NCBI GenBank assembly: GCA_965222155.1
Contig: CBDCTH010000004.1
Span: 32,001-96,000 of the forward strand
DNA from: Gammaproteobacteria bacterium
GTDB taxonomy: Bacteria; Pseudomonadota; Gammaproteobacteria; Eutrophobiales; Eutrophobiaceae
Direction: 5' to 3'
Length of the DNA: 64,000 nt
Below the pieces are notes generated by a model that saw only the letters and a program-made list of their open reading frames with translations, searched no databases and was not told the DNA's origin. The position numbers and the translations under genes are program-made. This document shows positions 31,719-44,667 of this stretch, piece after piece. The first letter of the stretch is position 1. Each line of letters opens with the position of its first letter.

Positions 31719-34700
31719 CTAGGCCACATTTCCTCTCATACTGTCTATACCTACATGCCCTGCTAGACGACTCACCATGCCAGCAATATTTCCAGCCAAA
31801 CTAGCAGTCGCATTTTGTTCTTGACCTGTTCGTACTGTTGAACTGTATGAGGAAAGAAACAATTCCCTCACTTGGTCTAATCTCTGCCTTCTACTTGGAA
31901 CATTGTGTTCAATTTCTCTGCAACACAACAGCAGTGGAACAGGTGAAGCATGAACGCATGCAGGTAGCAACTTACAGTGTTGGAGGAGTGATACCATACT
32001 GTGGCGGAGTGACGCCATGCTGTGGTGGGGTGACACCGTGCTGTGGTGGAGTGACACTGTGCTGTGTAGCAGTGAGAGGTGAGCCTTGTAGAGTGACTGA
32101 GCCCTGTGGACTGCCTGATGCAGAAATCAATTGCCAGCTACACAAAAACAAAGCCAGTGAGATGACGTAATTTAAGGAATGAGGAGAGCGTCACCTGCCA
32201 TAAAGCGAGTTTGTTGAGTTCTATAAAGTAACAGGCACATTTGTTAACACTAAACTAGCTGTTCATGTTCAACATACAAGACAGGTTGAGGAGATGCACA
32301 AACTGCAGGCACATTTAGAAAATATGGATATACTGTGTATGTCTGATCTGGTTTAAAGATGACTTATGTACTGTACACTCTGTGGTTAGACACACGTAAA
32401 TTCTGCAGTTGTGTACGTTCATCAGTCCGTCTCTGTTTCAATACAAGTGTCTTTGTCAACTTTACACTACAAGAAACTACCACCTCCTACAAAATCAATA
32501 CTATTATTGTGCACAAGACACCTCTGCTCTGTTAGCAGCTGTTGATGATAGGGGGACTGAGATGGGATTTGACTTGTCAGCCCTTGCTACTGCTGGAACA
32601 CTCTTTGGTCCAACATCATTTCTAAAGAAAGGTGGCTTCTTTCTTGGCTGTTGTGGCAACCTACAGCAACAACAACGTTGACATACGCAGTGATCTCACA
32701 CGTCTCTTCAGCTTACGAGTGGCAAGATGGCCTTAAGCCATCACTTTGTCCTACAGCTTCAGCTCCAACCACAGCTGCACTGCTTGCAACACTGCCACTG
32801 CCACTGCTGCCTGTGCTACTCAAACTGCTTGTACTACCAGCTAGATGGCTTGATCCTACAACAAAAGACTTTCAGCACTGAAGAAGAGAATGTGAAGCTA
32901 TTAAATTAACCGTTTATTCACTTCAGCTTCAACACTTGCATGGATAGAATAACACTAATGTTTCCAACTTGTAATATGATGTATATTGAAGTCTACAACT
33001 CCCTACAGGCGGAGGATTGTATACCTACGTAATACCATAGGTAGATTCACATACTTTCTATCCTGCATCCAAGGTTTGTTGAATCTAACAAACAGTCATT
33101 TTTTCAAAAGCCTACTGGTCATACCTTCCCCCCAGGCTAACAGCACTCTGACATTAGAACCTCTGTACATGAGACCTTGCAAAGGACAAAGAAGGTTCTG
33201 CTAAGAGGCCATATCTGCAAACCATATTCTGAACAGAAGAGTGATTCATAGAACTTCCACTGCCACAGGATACCAACAGACAGCCAAACCATACATCTTC
33301 AACTACAGTCATTCCTATCACTAAACCTGCTCAACCAAATCAATCTGTCTAAAGTCTACTGCTAGTGTGAAGTTGCTGGAAGCAAATCCCAAAGCACAGC
33401 TTTCTGTATACAAGTACTACAGGTTGTGTTGACCTGGAATACTGTCCAGCTGTGATCTGGTATTAGCTAAAGGCAGCAGGGTATCTGTAGCACAACAGCA
33501 CACAGCTACCTATCATTGTTACACAGTACTAATGACAGGAAAACAGAGAAATGACACTGATATTCACAAATTATGCCACCCAGTTAATTGAAAATCTACC
33601 CGTTTGGTCTCACTAAAAACAGACTTCAGTCCCAGTTTACCTAAGTATTTTAATTGCCTAAGACTTAATTAATTAATTAAGATCTGGTAGTGGCTGACAA
33701 GAACGCTTAATCTATGGCAACAGGTATCAGACAACTTGCCTTGCAGGACTCCTTCAGCAGCCACCTCTGAATCACACTGACTGATACGATTTCTGTAGAG
33801 TTTTTACTTGCATTGAACATAAACAGTGTAGTGGAAGGTGAGCAGTGACCAACCTGTGGACACTGAACAGTGAATACTCATCAGAATATATTTGGTTCAA
33901 GAAATGAAAACAAAAGAACAAAATCTGCAACGGTCAAATTGTGACAAAAACATATCAAGATTTCAGCCAGGCATCTTACTTCCTCCCCTTTATTAAGTCT
34001 TGTTGACAGCTGGTGCCTAGGATGTTACTCCTATCAGCTATGAATGCACTACATCATGTACAACAAATGACAACTCACCCAAAGAGCAGCCAGTCATAGG
34101 CCAATGTTAAATAGAGAATTTCTGATGCGTTCAGAGACTGGTGAATCAAATTGTCCTATCACAGAGACAAGACTTCACAACAAAGGCCTAAGAAAGTTTG
34201 AAACACATCCACAGCAACTTACTGCCCACAGTGAGAGTCTAATGAGTGAAATAAACAGTGGTGTCCTGTCCCAGCCTGAGATGCAGTGAACAAGGAGACC
34301 ACCATCTCCTGAGAAAGTTCACAAATACTACACTGTATGACATGCTGAATGCAACTTCAGCCACACTATCAATATATGGACACTGGAAAATACAAGGACC
34401 TCAAGACAGGCAGACAGAGATAGACCAACAGACAGACAAACAATCAAACTGACAAACAGGTTGCTTATAAGCAACAACATGAAATTCACAAAACCTACCT
34501 GTGCGTAGAAGATACAAGAAGAGTTTCAAGTAGTTCTGAGTTATTTTTGTCAGATTCCACATCTAAACAGCGCAGCATTCACCATACATTGCCATCACAG
34601 TCAAAGTAGGTTACCACCTATGTCAGCCATTCACCTTATAATCTTTCCACTGTATTGAAAGTTTGTCCTTCACATCAGCAGGAATATCCATGGTTGTATT

Positions 34701-37700
34701 GATAAAAGGCTGACAGGCCACAAGGACTACTGACTAACTGATAGCAAAGCACAGTCTACTGCAACAACCAACCTGTGTCCAATCAAAGTGAACTCTGTCA
34801 CACACATAATCGTGAGTTTTGAGCTCACCGAATAGTTCACAACCTGAGACAAGAAGTGCTTAGTGAATCTGTCACATCACGTCCACACATCACATCTTTG
34901 TGTTTGTCTGTTTGTCTGCTTGTAGGCATATCATGAAATGGAAATGAAATGGAAATGGTGGAAATGGAATGGAATGGAAAACGCGTGCGTTTTTACTGTA
35001 TACCTTCATCTAAATCTAGTTCTATACATTCTTTTCAACATCTGTGCTAGATACTTTACAGTTTGTGCTGACTAAAAGAGTTTTGTCTGGCCAACTTCCC
35101 TGTCTACCTGTCTATCTATTTCTCATTCCTTTGTCTACGCTATATACTATAGAAAATAAATCACCTGGGTAGGGAACTGACAAAACCCTGAAGTCAGCAT
35201 AGCGCCGTTCTTTGTCAACCTTCTCAGATGACGTCACTCTACAAACACAACTGCAAGACTTTCCTTCACAGCTAGTCAATACACCAACTTACGTCATTCC
35301 AAACTTTACTTTCTTCTGTTCAACCATCAGATCACAGATATACTCAACTCCAAGCAATTTCAACAGCCGGATATCTTCTCCCCGAACACGGTCAAACAGC
35401 TCCCAGTCACCAACAGCAGCTCTACAAATCAACTCTGTCTCAATTTACAGACACAGACACAGACACAGACACAGACACAAGGCACATCCACACCAGGCAG
35501 GCTTATGTTTGATCTGGACCTGATCTAGGACTTGACCAGTGTCTCAGAACTATCTGCCACTCTTACACTGAGTCTACAGGGCTACAGTAAAAATGTGGCA
35601 AAGCAGAAGCAAACATGGCTACATAAGAGACAGAGCTCATGCTCAACATCCAGCCAGATGTGGCTGTCAATCTCCAAGATTTTTGGTGCCACTTGACAAT
35701 ACAGCTATAGCTTTGGAGAAATCTCTGCTGTCTGTGAGCACATCCCATGGCTTTACTGCAGTCGCTAAACCATATTTCCGAGATCAACAGCATTCTTCCC
35801 AAGCACATCTCACATGCATCACCAAACAAGGAAACTTGACAGAAGTTGGGAAATAAGGTACACAATGAAGTTCCTAGAATTAGGAGAAGTACGGACACTT
35901 AAGGCTACTGTAAATGTAAACATGTTCGAACTTCAAGGACACTTCATGAAGGGTGAAAATACAAGGTGGCTCAACCCTCAGTGTGAATGCACCTTTAGAC
36001 ACAGACAAAGTCTTAGGCACTCCCAAAAACCTTGATGGGGCACACGTAGTTGGAACAAAGGCATAGGAAACACCATGTTTAGGTATCACAGATACTGTAC
36101 TCTATATAATTTCCCCCTCTGATGAGAAAAAGATTGGAAGATATGAATTCAATTGATACCACCCTATACTAAAGACTGTGTTCCACTTCATGAACATGAA
36201 AAGTTGGAAATTCTCGAGCTCAACATATGGATGTGGTGGCAACACTTGCAGGGCCAGCTCCTCCTCTTTTACTACAAAAAGGGAAGAATTGACTATTAAC
36301 TTGTACTGCCAGCACTTCACCTCCATCTCTGGCATGCCTCAGTTGAGTCAATGTTCTCTGATGCCATTGACATAAAAGAATCTATGCTTGCTGAAAAGGC
36401 CCGTTATTGTTTTTGTACAATCCTGCATGACTGCCATTTTCAGGCACTTTCTAGTTACAGTAGAACAGTTCAATGGAACACACTATTAAGCTAAATGTTC
36501 TAACCTTGCTATGGACTTCAGAACAGCTGGTTCACCGTTGTCATTACTACCATTATCTGTTGATGACGAGTCACCCCCTTAGAAACAATGAATGGCTAAT
36601 GGTAACAGTTTGGACTCACAACTAAAAAGTAGAAACCCACCTCTAGAGAAGAGCCAACCAAGACCTGACCGGCCATACATTTCTGCTCCACTGGAGAGAG
36701 TTGACGAACGACAAATGTACTGTATACACCAAACAGACAGTCAATATCAATTAATCAAACTGTGCTGGTCTGCACTCATGCTGCACTGTCATTGCCAATA
36801 GCCATAGTTCTAGCCAGAGCCAATCAAGCTGGCAAAATGCCAGCTGGCTCATTACTCTGCCGTCTAGGGAAGTTCTACGAGTTGAATTTGCCGGCTGTTA
36901 GCATCAATAGTTGCCAGAGCAGAAGAACTATGGTGTCTTTTAGTGTTGCTGTCTGTCAGTTGCTAAGCTGAACCTGTTGCTGTGCCATATACAGTGGTAT
37001 ACAAGTGTTGTCGGCACATACACAATGGTCTCATGTAACCAGACCCTCTGCGCCTCTTTCTGTTCCTGCTACACAGAGTGTAGTCTAATTCGTCAGTAAT
37101 GGCATTGCACTCACACCATCTGAGAAGCTACCTGCTGGACTGCACCTGCATGCATGCAGGAATGGCCAAGACACGACCACAGTTGGAATGCTCTGTGAGA
37201 GAACCAGTCTACTATTACACCTATAGGTGGGCAACCGGTTCCTAAAGTCATGGATGCATATGTCTAAACTTTGCTTCTTGATCGCTGTAGATCCTGAGAG
37301 AAATGTAATGTTATGAATCCTAGGTCCTTCATTCATGAGTGGTTCATTTAGGTCAAATTAATGTTTAGAATAGACTGACTTTTTTAGTTGCTAATGGAAT
37401 TTCAGGACAAGTGGGCTGAGTCATAGATTTCCAACTTTGCCAGCTGGGAATAATTTCTGGCTAGAACACTGATATTAACCATGCTCTAGAAATGAGCATT
37501 TCACTGTCACTATGATGCTTCACCGTATCTGCCCATAACTTCAACATGTGATAGAGCATACCCCTTCCACGTGATACATTTGGCAATGCATATCATAACT
37601 AGTGACTTCCTAGAAGGTTCTGGGAACCAGATAGAATTGAACACTTCTGATTTGCTGCAAAGGTAGGTGGAGTTTGCAGCAATTGGTACTGTAGTTATCT

Positions 37701-39163
37701 TATTGCCCTGCTTACTGAAATAGTCTTTTGTTCTTCACCCACCTATAATTCAAATTGGAAGCAAAACCATGCACAAGAGAAGCTGAAACATGCATGGGAG
37801 TGTAGAAAGAAGATCAAAGAAAATGAATCCAAACCACCACTGGGAAGTAACCTGATCAACAGCTTTGTCTCTTAGACCCCATGTTGCCATTGCATGCACC
37901 TGGGAGAGTCTCAGTTTCGTAGATTGTCCCATTATCACTACAACAGCAGGTGCATAACAGGAGCAATGTTCAATCATATCAGCTTTGGTGATACTCCATC
38001 TCTGCTTCTATATAAATATTCAAAATGCTGTAGTGTACACTTTTCCTTGACCGCTGGCAGAGGAGTCATCATCAAAAGTCTACTCCATTGCTGCTGCTTT
38101 TCCACAAATCTACTGTATAAGGCCATATTAAATTGCTATTGGGCACCTCTTTCAAAGAATGAAAAAGCCAAGACAAAATCAGAAACTTTGTTTTTCAATG
38201 AGGCCAAGTGCATATACCATCCATCACTTAAGCAGTGACCTATACTGTAATTCAGTCCCTACTGTACAGTTCCAAACCTCTTGTGTACCTTTCCTCTTAC
38301 TTTAGACTCCCACCACATCAAAATGCCTGGGGACAACTTCACATGCAGTACAAGAACAGTGAGCATGTACTGTAAAGGTTGCCTCTATAAAATGAGCATC
38401 CACAGGTCCAACTGCAGCTTCTAAAATACCAAGTTACAATAACAAATAAATTCTACTGTGTAAATTGGGGTCTTCTTGGCTGGACAAATCCACAATGAAA
38501 TGGCTGCATGCACAAGTGTACTTGGGATACTCATACAAGTGCAGTGCACGGTATACACCTTTTGTTACCATCAAAAGCCCAATATCATGTATGTTTCAAT
38601 GCTGAGTAATGATTACAGCAGGATTCCGCATTTGTGACTGTTAGGAGGAGAACTTCTCTAGTTGTACACCTACTAGGCTAGTACATTAGAAGTTGGAAAT
38701 ACAGCCTAAAAGTAAAGGTGGATAATGCCACATAAATTTACAATAACAGCTGTTGTCATCACTTTACTAATTCGACTGTGCCATGCCAATGACTGAATCA
38801 AACACAGGTCATTGACAACACTTCATAATTGACACCGCACATTCACCTTGTTTCCATAAAGAATAACAGGAACAACAAATCGAGAACGACATCTTGCAAA
38901 ACGAGCCTTCTGCATGATGTCACTCAGATGATTGGCAGCAGCGCCTGGTCCTTCAACGCCTGCACTGCTGAACAGTCTCTTACTAGAAGCACTGGCTGTC
39001 GATAAAATCTCACTAAAACTTAGCAGCAGTTCCACAATAAAAAGTAGGTAAAGCCAGGAGACAAAACTATTCACTTGCTTGCTCTTTCTGAATGATTTCT
39101 GTCAGGAATGATAAGCTTTCCTGGATAATGGGAACATAGCTCACCTGATGTGTTGGAAATTGT
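31719..39163 (-). CDS. MTMR14: Myotubularin-related protein 14 (PI phosphatase), multi-exon, 5' exons absent
   Basis: ISNTSGELCSHYPGKLII; ARFARCRSRFVVPVILYGNK|YICRSSTLSSGAEMYGRSG; DIRLLKLLGVEYICDLMVEQKKVKFGM; VTSSEKVD..SVPYPG|CE; catalytic GLLVHCISGWDRTPLFISLIRLSLWA (~34225-34310); C-terminal RRQRLDQVRELFLSSYS. Confidence 0.93.
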
Positions 39164-39207
39164 CTGCATCAAGCCAAGGGACCAATTAAATAATGAAGAG
39201 ACAATTG

Positions 39208-39239
<32 letters not shown>

Positions 39240-39465
39240 CATGAAAAGACAAATAGACAAAGGAAGAGACAAATGGACACACACAAACAGACAGTGGAAC
39301 AGCCAAAGAACAGACAAATGATCAGACAAATGGACAGACAAAGGAACAGACAAATGAACACACAACCAAACAGACAAATGAGCAGGCAAATGGACAGACA
39401 AAGGAAGAGACAAAGTAACAGACAAGTGGACAGACAAATAAACAGACAAATGAACAAACAAAGAT
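39240..39465. repeat. Degenerate GACA/GACAAAT-derived tandem repeat
   Basis: Repeated ACAGACAAATG-like units in an MTMR14 intron. Confidence 0.85.
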
Positions 39466-40039
39466 ACATAATTAATTATATTATGTCTTAAAATTATCAT
39501 TTGACATTAATTCATTTATCTTGATACTTTAGACACTTAGTCTGATGACTTTTGCTGTTTGACTCTAATTATGTATGAGAGGACTTTATTGGTCCTATAT
39601 ATGACTCAAGTAGTTTAGTTCCTTATGATTGTAATAGCTCTCATGTTTGAAAATATATGTATTGGACAGACAGACAGACAGACAGACAGACATTCTTCAA
39701 GTTTCACACTCTGTCAGAAATGTGACTTGGAGTCTATGTAGGCTAGGTTGCAATGTACCAATGCAAACTGTGGACTGTCGTGTATAAAGAGCTTGGTGAA
39801 GATGGCTAACATCTAATCACACACAAAACAGAAGGTGGTCTCTTTAACATGCACAGCTCAGTTTTGTCTACATCATCCAAATACTTAAAGGGACACTCAG
39901 TTGAAGTGCGTAGATGTGGCCAAGCAGGAACCATACCACAAAATAGTAACTCTCCAAAATCCATTCCATTTTGATTTGGAGCCAGACCAGAGAAAAAGTT
40001 CAATGATAAACAATTCTATACATCACAGCTAAATGTCCC

Positions 40040-40088
40040 CAGTTCACTTCCACCTAGACTTCTTTAGATCAGAATCAGGAGCAGTACC
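40040..40088. other. Eukaryote/bacterium sequence junction
   Basis: Abrupt switch from CpG-poor intronic DNA to GC-richer operon DNA. Shine-Dalgarno AGGAG at 40077-40081 precedes leuA. The exact base is not resolvable by eye. Confidence 0.9.
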
Positions 40089-41621
40089 ATGACAGACAAA
40101 TTAATTATCTTTGATACCACCTTGCGTGACGGCGAGCAAAGTCCCGGCGCGTCCATGACCCGTGGTGAGAAAATGCGCATAGCCAAGGCGCTGGAGAAAT
40201 TGCGGGTGGACGTGATTGAGGCGGGCTTCCCGATTGCCAGCGGCGGGGATTTCGAGGCCGTCAGGTCGGTGGCGGAAATTATCAAAGACAGCACGGTTTG
40301 CGGCCTGGCGCGTACCGGCTACCAGGACATCGACGCGGCGGCAGAGGCCCTCAAGCCGGCGCGCTCTGCGCGCATCCATACGTTTATCGCCACTTCGCCC
40401 ATCCATATGGAGCGAAAGTTGATGATGCAGCCGGACGAGGTGGTCGAGGCTGCGGTAAAGGCGGTAAAAAGGGCAAAAAAATATACCGATGACGTCGAGT
40501 TTTCACCTGAGGATGCCGGTCGCTCGGAGCTCGATTTCCTGTGCCGGATCATTGAGGCGGTCATCGCCGCCGGCGCCACTACCGTCAACATCCCGGATAC
40601 GGTGGGCTACAGCATCCCCACCCAGTTCGGGGAAACTATCGGCAGTATTATCGAGCGGGTGCCCAATTCCGACAAGGCGGTGTTTTCGGTACATTGCCAC
40701 AACGACCTGGGTCTTGCCGTGGCCAATTCCCTGGCCGCGGTCATGCACGGCGCCAGGCAGGTGGAGTGCACCATCAACGGGCTGGGAGAGCGCGCGGGGA
40801 ATGCCTCCCTGGAAGAGATTGTCATGGCAGTGAAGACACGCAAGGATTATTTCCCTTGCAGCACCGGGCTGGATACGACCGAGATCGTGAACTGCTCAAA
40901 ACTGGTATCGAACGTGACGGGTTTCCCGGTACAACCGAACAAGGCCGTGGTAGGCGCCAATGCCTTTGCCCACGAAGCCGGCATTCACCAGGATGGCGTG
41001 ATCAAGAGCCGGGAGACCTACGAGATCATGCGCGCCCAGGACGTCGGCTGGTCAACCAATCGCCTGGTTCTAGGTAAACATTCGGGCCGCAATGCATTCC
41101 GCACCAGATTAAAGGAAATCGGGTTTGAATTCTCCAGTGAAAAAGAACTGAATAACGCCTTTATCAAGTTCAAGGACCTGGCAGACAAGAAACATGAAAT
41201 TTATGATGAGGACCTCCAGGCTATCGTTACCGATAACATGCAGGGCGAGGAAGAAAAAATCAGGCTGGTGTCACTGAGGGTGGTAACGGAAACTGGCGAG
41301 ACGCCCCAGGCCGAATTGACCTTGTCCATTGACGGCGAGGAAACGCCGGGCATATCCCAGGGAGACGGTCCTGTCGACGCGGTTTTCAAGGCCATAGAGA
41401 CTTTAGTGTCCAGCGGCTGTGAATTACAGTTGTTCTCCGTTAACAATATTACCGGTGGGACCGATTCCCAGGGAGAAGTGACGGTGCGCGTGAACAAAGA
41501 CGGCCATGTCATAAATGGCCGGGGTTCGGATACGGACATCGTCACAGCGTCGGCAAAAGCGTATATCAACGCGATAAACCGGGCTTATTCGATCAGCAGC
41601 AAAATTCATCCCCAGGTATGA
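40089..41621 (+). CDS. leuA: 2-isopropylmalate synthase
   Basis: [46 protein letters not shown] and the C-terminal regulatory domain; 510 aa. Confidence 0.98.
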   Translation: MTDKLIIFDTTLRDGEQSPGASMTRGEKMRIAKALEKLRVDVIEAGFPIASGGDFEAVRSVAEIIKDSTVCGLARTGYQDIDAAAEALKPARSARIHTFIATSPIHMERKLMMQPDEVVEAAVKAVKRAKKYTDDVEFSPEDAGRSELDFLCRIIEAVIAAGATTVNIPDTVGYSIPTQFGETIGSIIERVPNSDKAVFSVHCHNDLGLAVANSLAAVMHGARQVECTINGLGERAGNASLEEIVMAVKTRKDYFPCSTGLDTTEIVNCSKLVSNVTGFPVQPNKAVVGANAFAHEAGIHQDGVIKSRETYEIMRAQDVGWSTNRLVLGKHSGRNAFRTRLKEIGFEFSSEKELNNAFIKFKDLADKKHEIYDEDLQAIVTDNMQGEEEKIRLVSLRVVTETGETPQAELTLSIDGEETPGISQGDGPVDAVFKAIETLVSSGCELQLFSVNNITGGTDSQGEVTVRVNKDGHVINGRGSDTDIVTASAKAYINAINRAYSISSKIHPQV

Positions 41622-42382
41622 GGTTGACACCCCGGCAACATCATTATATTCAGGCCCTCGGCATCGAGGTATACAGGGTTCGAAATACAGAGCATAAAGA
41701 ACAGAGTCTAAAGGGGACAGATTTGAAATCTGTCCCCGGTCGTACACTGGATACCGGCGTGATTGACGAGGGCCATTCCGTTAGAGCAGGTGGGATTGCC
41801 GTGCAGCAGGGAGACGGGATGGCGCTTGACTGGGAGGCTTTGCAGCGTAAGGTGGCCGGGTGTCGCTTGTGTCAGCTGCATGAAGGCAGGACGCAGACGG
41901 TGTTTGGGGTGGGTGACGTGAATGCGGACTGGATGCTGATCGGCGAGGCGCCGGGGGCCGAGGAGGACCGGCGCGGCGAACCCTTTGTCGGCAGGGCCGG
42001 AAAGTTACTTGATGCCATGCTTCAGGCGGTGGGTCTTGCCCGGGATGAGGTGTTCATTGCCAACATCCTCAAATGCCGCCCGCCCAATAATCGCGACCCC
42101 AGGCCCGAGGAAGTCCTGTCCTGCGAGAATTATCTCGTGCAACAGATAAACACCATTAAACCCAGGCTGATACTGGCCCTCGGCCGGGTTGCCGCCCAGA
42201 ATCTGCTCAAGAGCGAAACCCCCATCGGAAAAATGCGCGGCAAGCGTTACCACTACGGTGATCCCCCCGTTCCGGTCGTGGTAACATATCACCCTGCCTA
42301 CCTGTTACGTTCACCGCGGGAGAAAAAGAAATCCTGGCAGGATTTGCAGTTGGCAATGACGATATATAAAGAGCAATCGTGA
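41618..42382 (+). CDS. Uracil-DNA glycosylase family 4
   Basis: CRLCQL (Fe-S ligands), [41 protein letters not shown]. Confidence 0.95.
   Translation: MRLTPRQHHYIQALGIEVYRVRNTEHKEQSLKGTDLKSVPGRTLDTGVIDEGHSVRAGGIAVQQGDGMALDWEALQRKVAGCRLCQLHEGRTQTVFGVGDVNADWMLIGEAPGAEEDRRGEPFVGRAGKLLDAMLQAVGLARDEVFIANILKCRPPNNRDPRPEEVLSCENYLVQQINTIKPRLILALGRVAAQNLLKSETPIGKMRGKRYHYGDPPVPVVVTYHPAYLLRSPREKKKSWQDLQLAMTIYKEQS
41713..41738. repeat. REP-like palindrome GGGGACAGATTTGAAATCTGTCCCC inside the UDG coding sequence
   Basis: Perfect 12-bp inverted repeat; second copy at 44632-44656. Confidence 0.85.
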
Positions 42383-42846
42383 GCGCAGCGCTGAATGATG
42401 TCCAACTGGATTTGCGACCTATGGTGGAAACCGATTTAAGTGGTATATTGCAGATTGAGTATGCGGCGTATGCGTTTCCGTGGAACAGGAACATCTTCAA
42501 GGGTTGCTTGCGGGATGACTATTGCTGCCGGGTCGTGGAACTGGATGGGGATTTAGCCGGTTATGCGATCATGTCCATGGGCAAGGATGAGGCGCATCTC
42601 CTGAATTTGTGTGTGGACCCCGGACGACACAGGATGGGGCTGGGGGGCTATTTATTGAATTTCATGCTTGACTCCGCCCGAAAGAACAAAGCCGAAACCA
42701 CGTTTTTAGAGGTGCGTCCGTCCAATACGGCTGCGCGGGGGTTTTATGAAAGGAGCGGTTTTGTAGAAGTAGGGTTGCGCGCCAATTATTATCCCGCCAT
42801 GTTCGGCCGGGAAGACGCCATCATCATGGCTCGGGAAACGGTGTAA
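42379..42846 (+). CDS. rimI: Ribosomal protein S18 alanine N-acetyltransferase
   Basis: GNAT fold, EAHLLNLCV, FLEVRPSN, GLRANYYP, REDAIIM. Confidence 0.95.
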   Translation: MSAALNDVQLDLRPMVETDLSGILQIEYAAYAFPWNRNIFKGCLRDDYCCRVVELDGDLAGYAIMSMGKDEAHLLNLCVDPGRHRMGLGGYLLNFMLDSARKNKAETTFLEVRPSNTAARGFYERSGFVEVGLRANYYPAMFGREDAIIMARETV

Positions 42847-42850
42847 GGCA

Positions 42851-43768
42851 ATGTCTGCGATAACGTCAGCCGGTGGCGGGGATTATCCGACTATCGACTC
42901 CAGCATCGGCAATACCCCGCTGGTAAGACTGCAACGCCTGCCCGGCGCTACCACCAATACCATCCTGGCAAAGCTGGAAGGGAATAACCCGGCAGGTTCG
43001 GTCAAGGACCGGCCCGCGTTGAGCATGATCCAACGGGCAGAATCACGCGGCGAAATCAAACCCGGTGATGTGTTGATCGAGGCGACCAGCGGCAACACGG
43101 GTATCGCTTTGGCGATGGCGGCTGCCATTCGCGGCTACCGGATGATCCTGATCATGCCGGACAACCTGAGCGGTGAGCGCAGACGCACCATGCGGGCCTT
43201 CGGCGCCGAGCTTATACTGGTTACCAAGAAAGAAGGCATGGAAGGCGCCCGCGACCTGGCTGAGAATATGGAAAAAGAAGGGAAGGGGAGGATACTGGAC
43301 CAGTTTGCCAACCCGGATAATCCGTTGGCCCACTACGAAGGTACCGGTCCGGAAATCTGGCGCGACACACAAGGCAGCGTGACCCATTTTGTCAGTGCCA
43401 TGGGCACGACAGGGACAATTATGGGGGTATCGAGATATTTAAAGGAAAAGAATGACCAGGTGCAAATCGTCGGGGTACAACCGGCAGGCGATGAAAATAT
43501 CCCCGGCATCCGGCGCTGGCCGAAGGCGTATCTGCCCAGGATCTTCCAGAAAGAGCGGGTTGACAGAATAATTGACGTCACACCGGCGGAAGCGGAAGAC
43601 ATGACCCGGCGACTGGCGGATGAGGAAGGCATATTTGCAGGTATTTCCTCAGGCGGCGCCATATCCGCCGCATTGCGATTGTCCGGCGAAATAGAAAACG
43701 CCATTATCGTAGTTATCATCTGTGACCGCGGTGACCGCTATCTTTCCTCAACAGTCTTCCCGGATTGA
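42851..43768 (+). CDS. cysM: Cysteine synthase B
   Basis: KLEGNNPAGSVKDR, EATSGNTGIA, SAMGTTGTIMG, IPGIRRWP, ICDRGDRYLS. Confidence 0.97.
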   Translation: MSAITSAGGGDYPTIDSSIGNTPLVRLQRLPGATTNTILAKLEGNNPAGSVKDRPALSMIQRAESRGEIKPGDVLIEATSGNTGIALAMAAAIRGYRMILIMPDNLSGERRRTMRAFGAELILVTKKEGMEGARDLAENMEKEGKGRILDQFANPDNPLAHYEGTGPEIWRDTQGSVTHFVSAMGTTGTIMGVSRYLKEKNDQVQIVGVQPAGDENIPGIRRWPKAYLPRIFQKERVDRIIDVTPAEAEDMTRRLADEEGIFAGISSGGAISAALRLSGEIENAIIVVIICDRGDRYLSSTVFPD

Positions 43769-43778
43769 ATACCCACCA

Positions 43779-43804
43779 CCATACCGGCGAAAGCCGGTAT
43801 CCAG
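43779..43804. repeat. REP-like hairpin CATACCGGCGAAAGCCGGTATCCAG
   Basis: GNRA-loop stem between cysM and the exonuclease; a related variant CATCCCTGCGGGAGCAGGAATCCA lies at ~45674-45697. Confidence 0.7.
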
Positions 43805-43827
43805 TGAATAGGCTACCCACATGAACT

Positions 43828-44610
43828 ATGAATACCCTCGTATTTGACATCGAAACCATCCCGGATCTGGCAAGCGGCCGGCGTCTGTACAACCTGGACG
43901 GTCTTCCGGACAGGGACACCGCGGAAGTTATGTTCAAAAACCGCCGCCAGGAGACGGATAACACCTCTGACTTCCTGCGCCTGCACTTACACCGGGTCGT
44001 AGCGATCTCAGTCGTGCTGGCGACCCGCGATAATGTCAGTGTCTGGTCACTGGGCGCGCCGGAATCCGAAGAGGTGGAACTGGTACAGCGTTTTTTTGAC
44101 GGGATTGAAAAATATACGCCGACGCTGGTGTCCTGGAACGGGCGCGGTTTTGACCTTCCCGTACTGCATTATCGCTCATTGCTGCACGGCATTCAGGCGC
44201 CGAGGTACTGGGAGACCGGCGATGAGGATCAGAGTTTTCGCTGGAATAATTACATCAACCGCTTTCACCAGCGCCATACGGACTTGATGGACGTGCTGGC
44301 CGGCTACGAGATGCGCGCCGCCGCACCGTTGAACGAAATTGCCTCCATGCTGGGTTTCCCCGGTAAAATGGGGATGGCGGGAGGCAAGGTATGGGATTGC
44401 TACCAGTCCGGTGATATCGAGGCGATCCGCGCTTACTGTGAAACGGATGTCCTGAATACGTATCTCGTCTACCTGCGCTACCAGCTCATCTGCGGGCGTT
44501 ATTCCGATCAGACCTTCCAGGCAGAATGTGATCGCCTGAAACAGGTGCTGGCAGGCGAAAACAAAGCGCACCTGACGGCATTTCTCGAAGCCTGGGAAAG
44601 TGCTGAATAG
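43828..44610 (+). CDS. PolB-like 3'-5' exonuclease family protein
   Basis: DEDD motifs VFDIET, SWNGRGFDLPVL, YCETDVLNTY. Confidence 0.92.
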   Translation: MNTLVFDIETIPDLASGRRLYNLDGLPDRDTAEVMFKNRRQETDNTSDFLRLHLHRVVAISVVLATRDNVSVWSLGAPESEEVELVQRFFDGIEKYTPTLVSWNGRGFDLPVLHYRSLLHGIQAPRYWETGDEDQSFRWNNYINRFHQRHTDLMDVLAGYEMRAAAPLNEIASMLGFPGKMGMAGGKVWDCYQSGDIEAIRAYCETDVLNTYLVYLRYQLICGRYSDQTFQAECDRLKQVLAGENKAHLTAFLEAWESAE

Positions 44611-44631
44611 CCTGTACAGGCTCAGATATCC

Positions 44632-44656
44632 GGGGACAGATTTCAAATCTGTCCCC
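44632..44656. repeat. REP-like palindrome between convergent genes (possible bidirectional terminator)
   Basis: GGGGACAGATTTCAAATCTGTCCCC, the reverse complement of the copy at 41713. Confidence 0.8.
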
Positions 44657-44667
44657 GATCAGCAATA

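Noticed and set aside
35560-36440. Cys/His-containing short ORFs in an MTMR14 intron (also 7000-7700 and 23250-24050)
   Set aside because: Probably decayed transposon sequence, but I could not recognise a family or termini.
40089-40100. leuA begins ATGACAGACAAA, resembling the host GACA microsatellite, as a cause of the mis-join
   Set aside because: The match is only 8 bp and the bacterial RBS lies upstream of it, so the junction is not at this motif.
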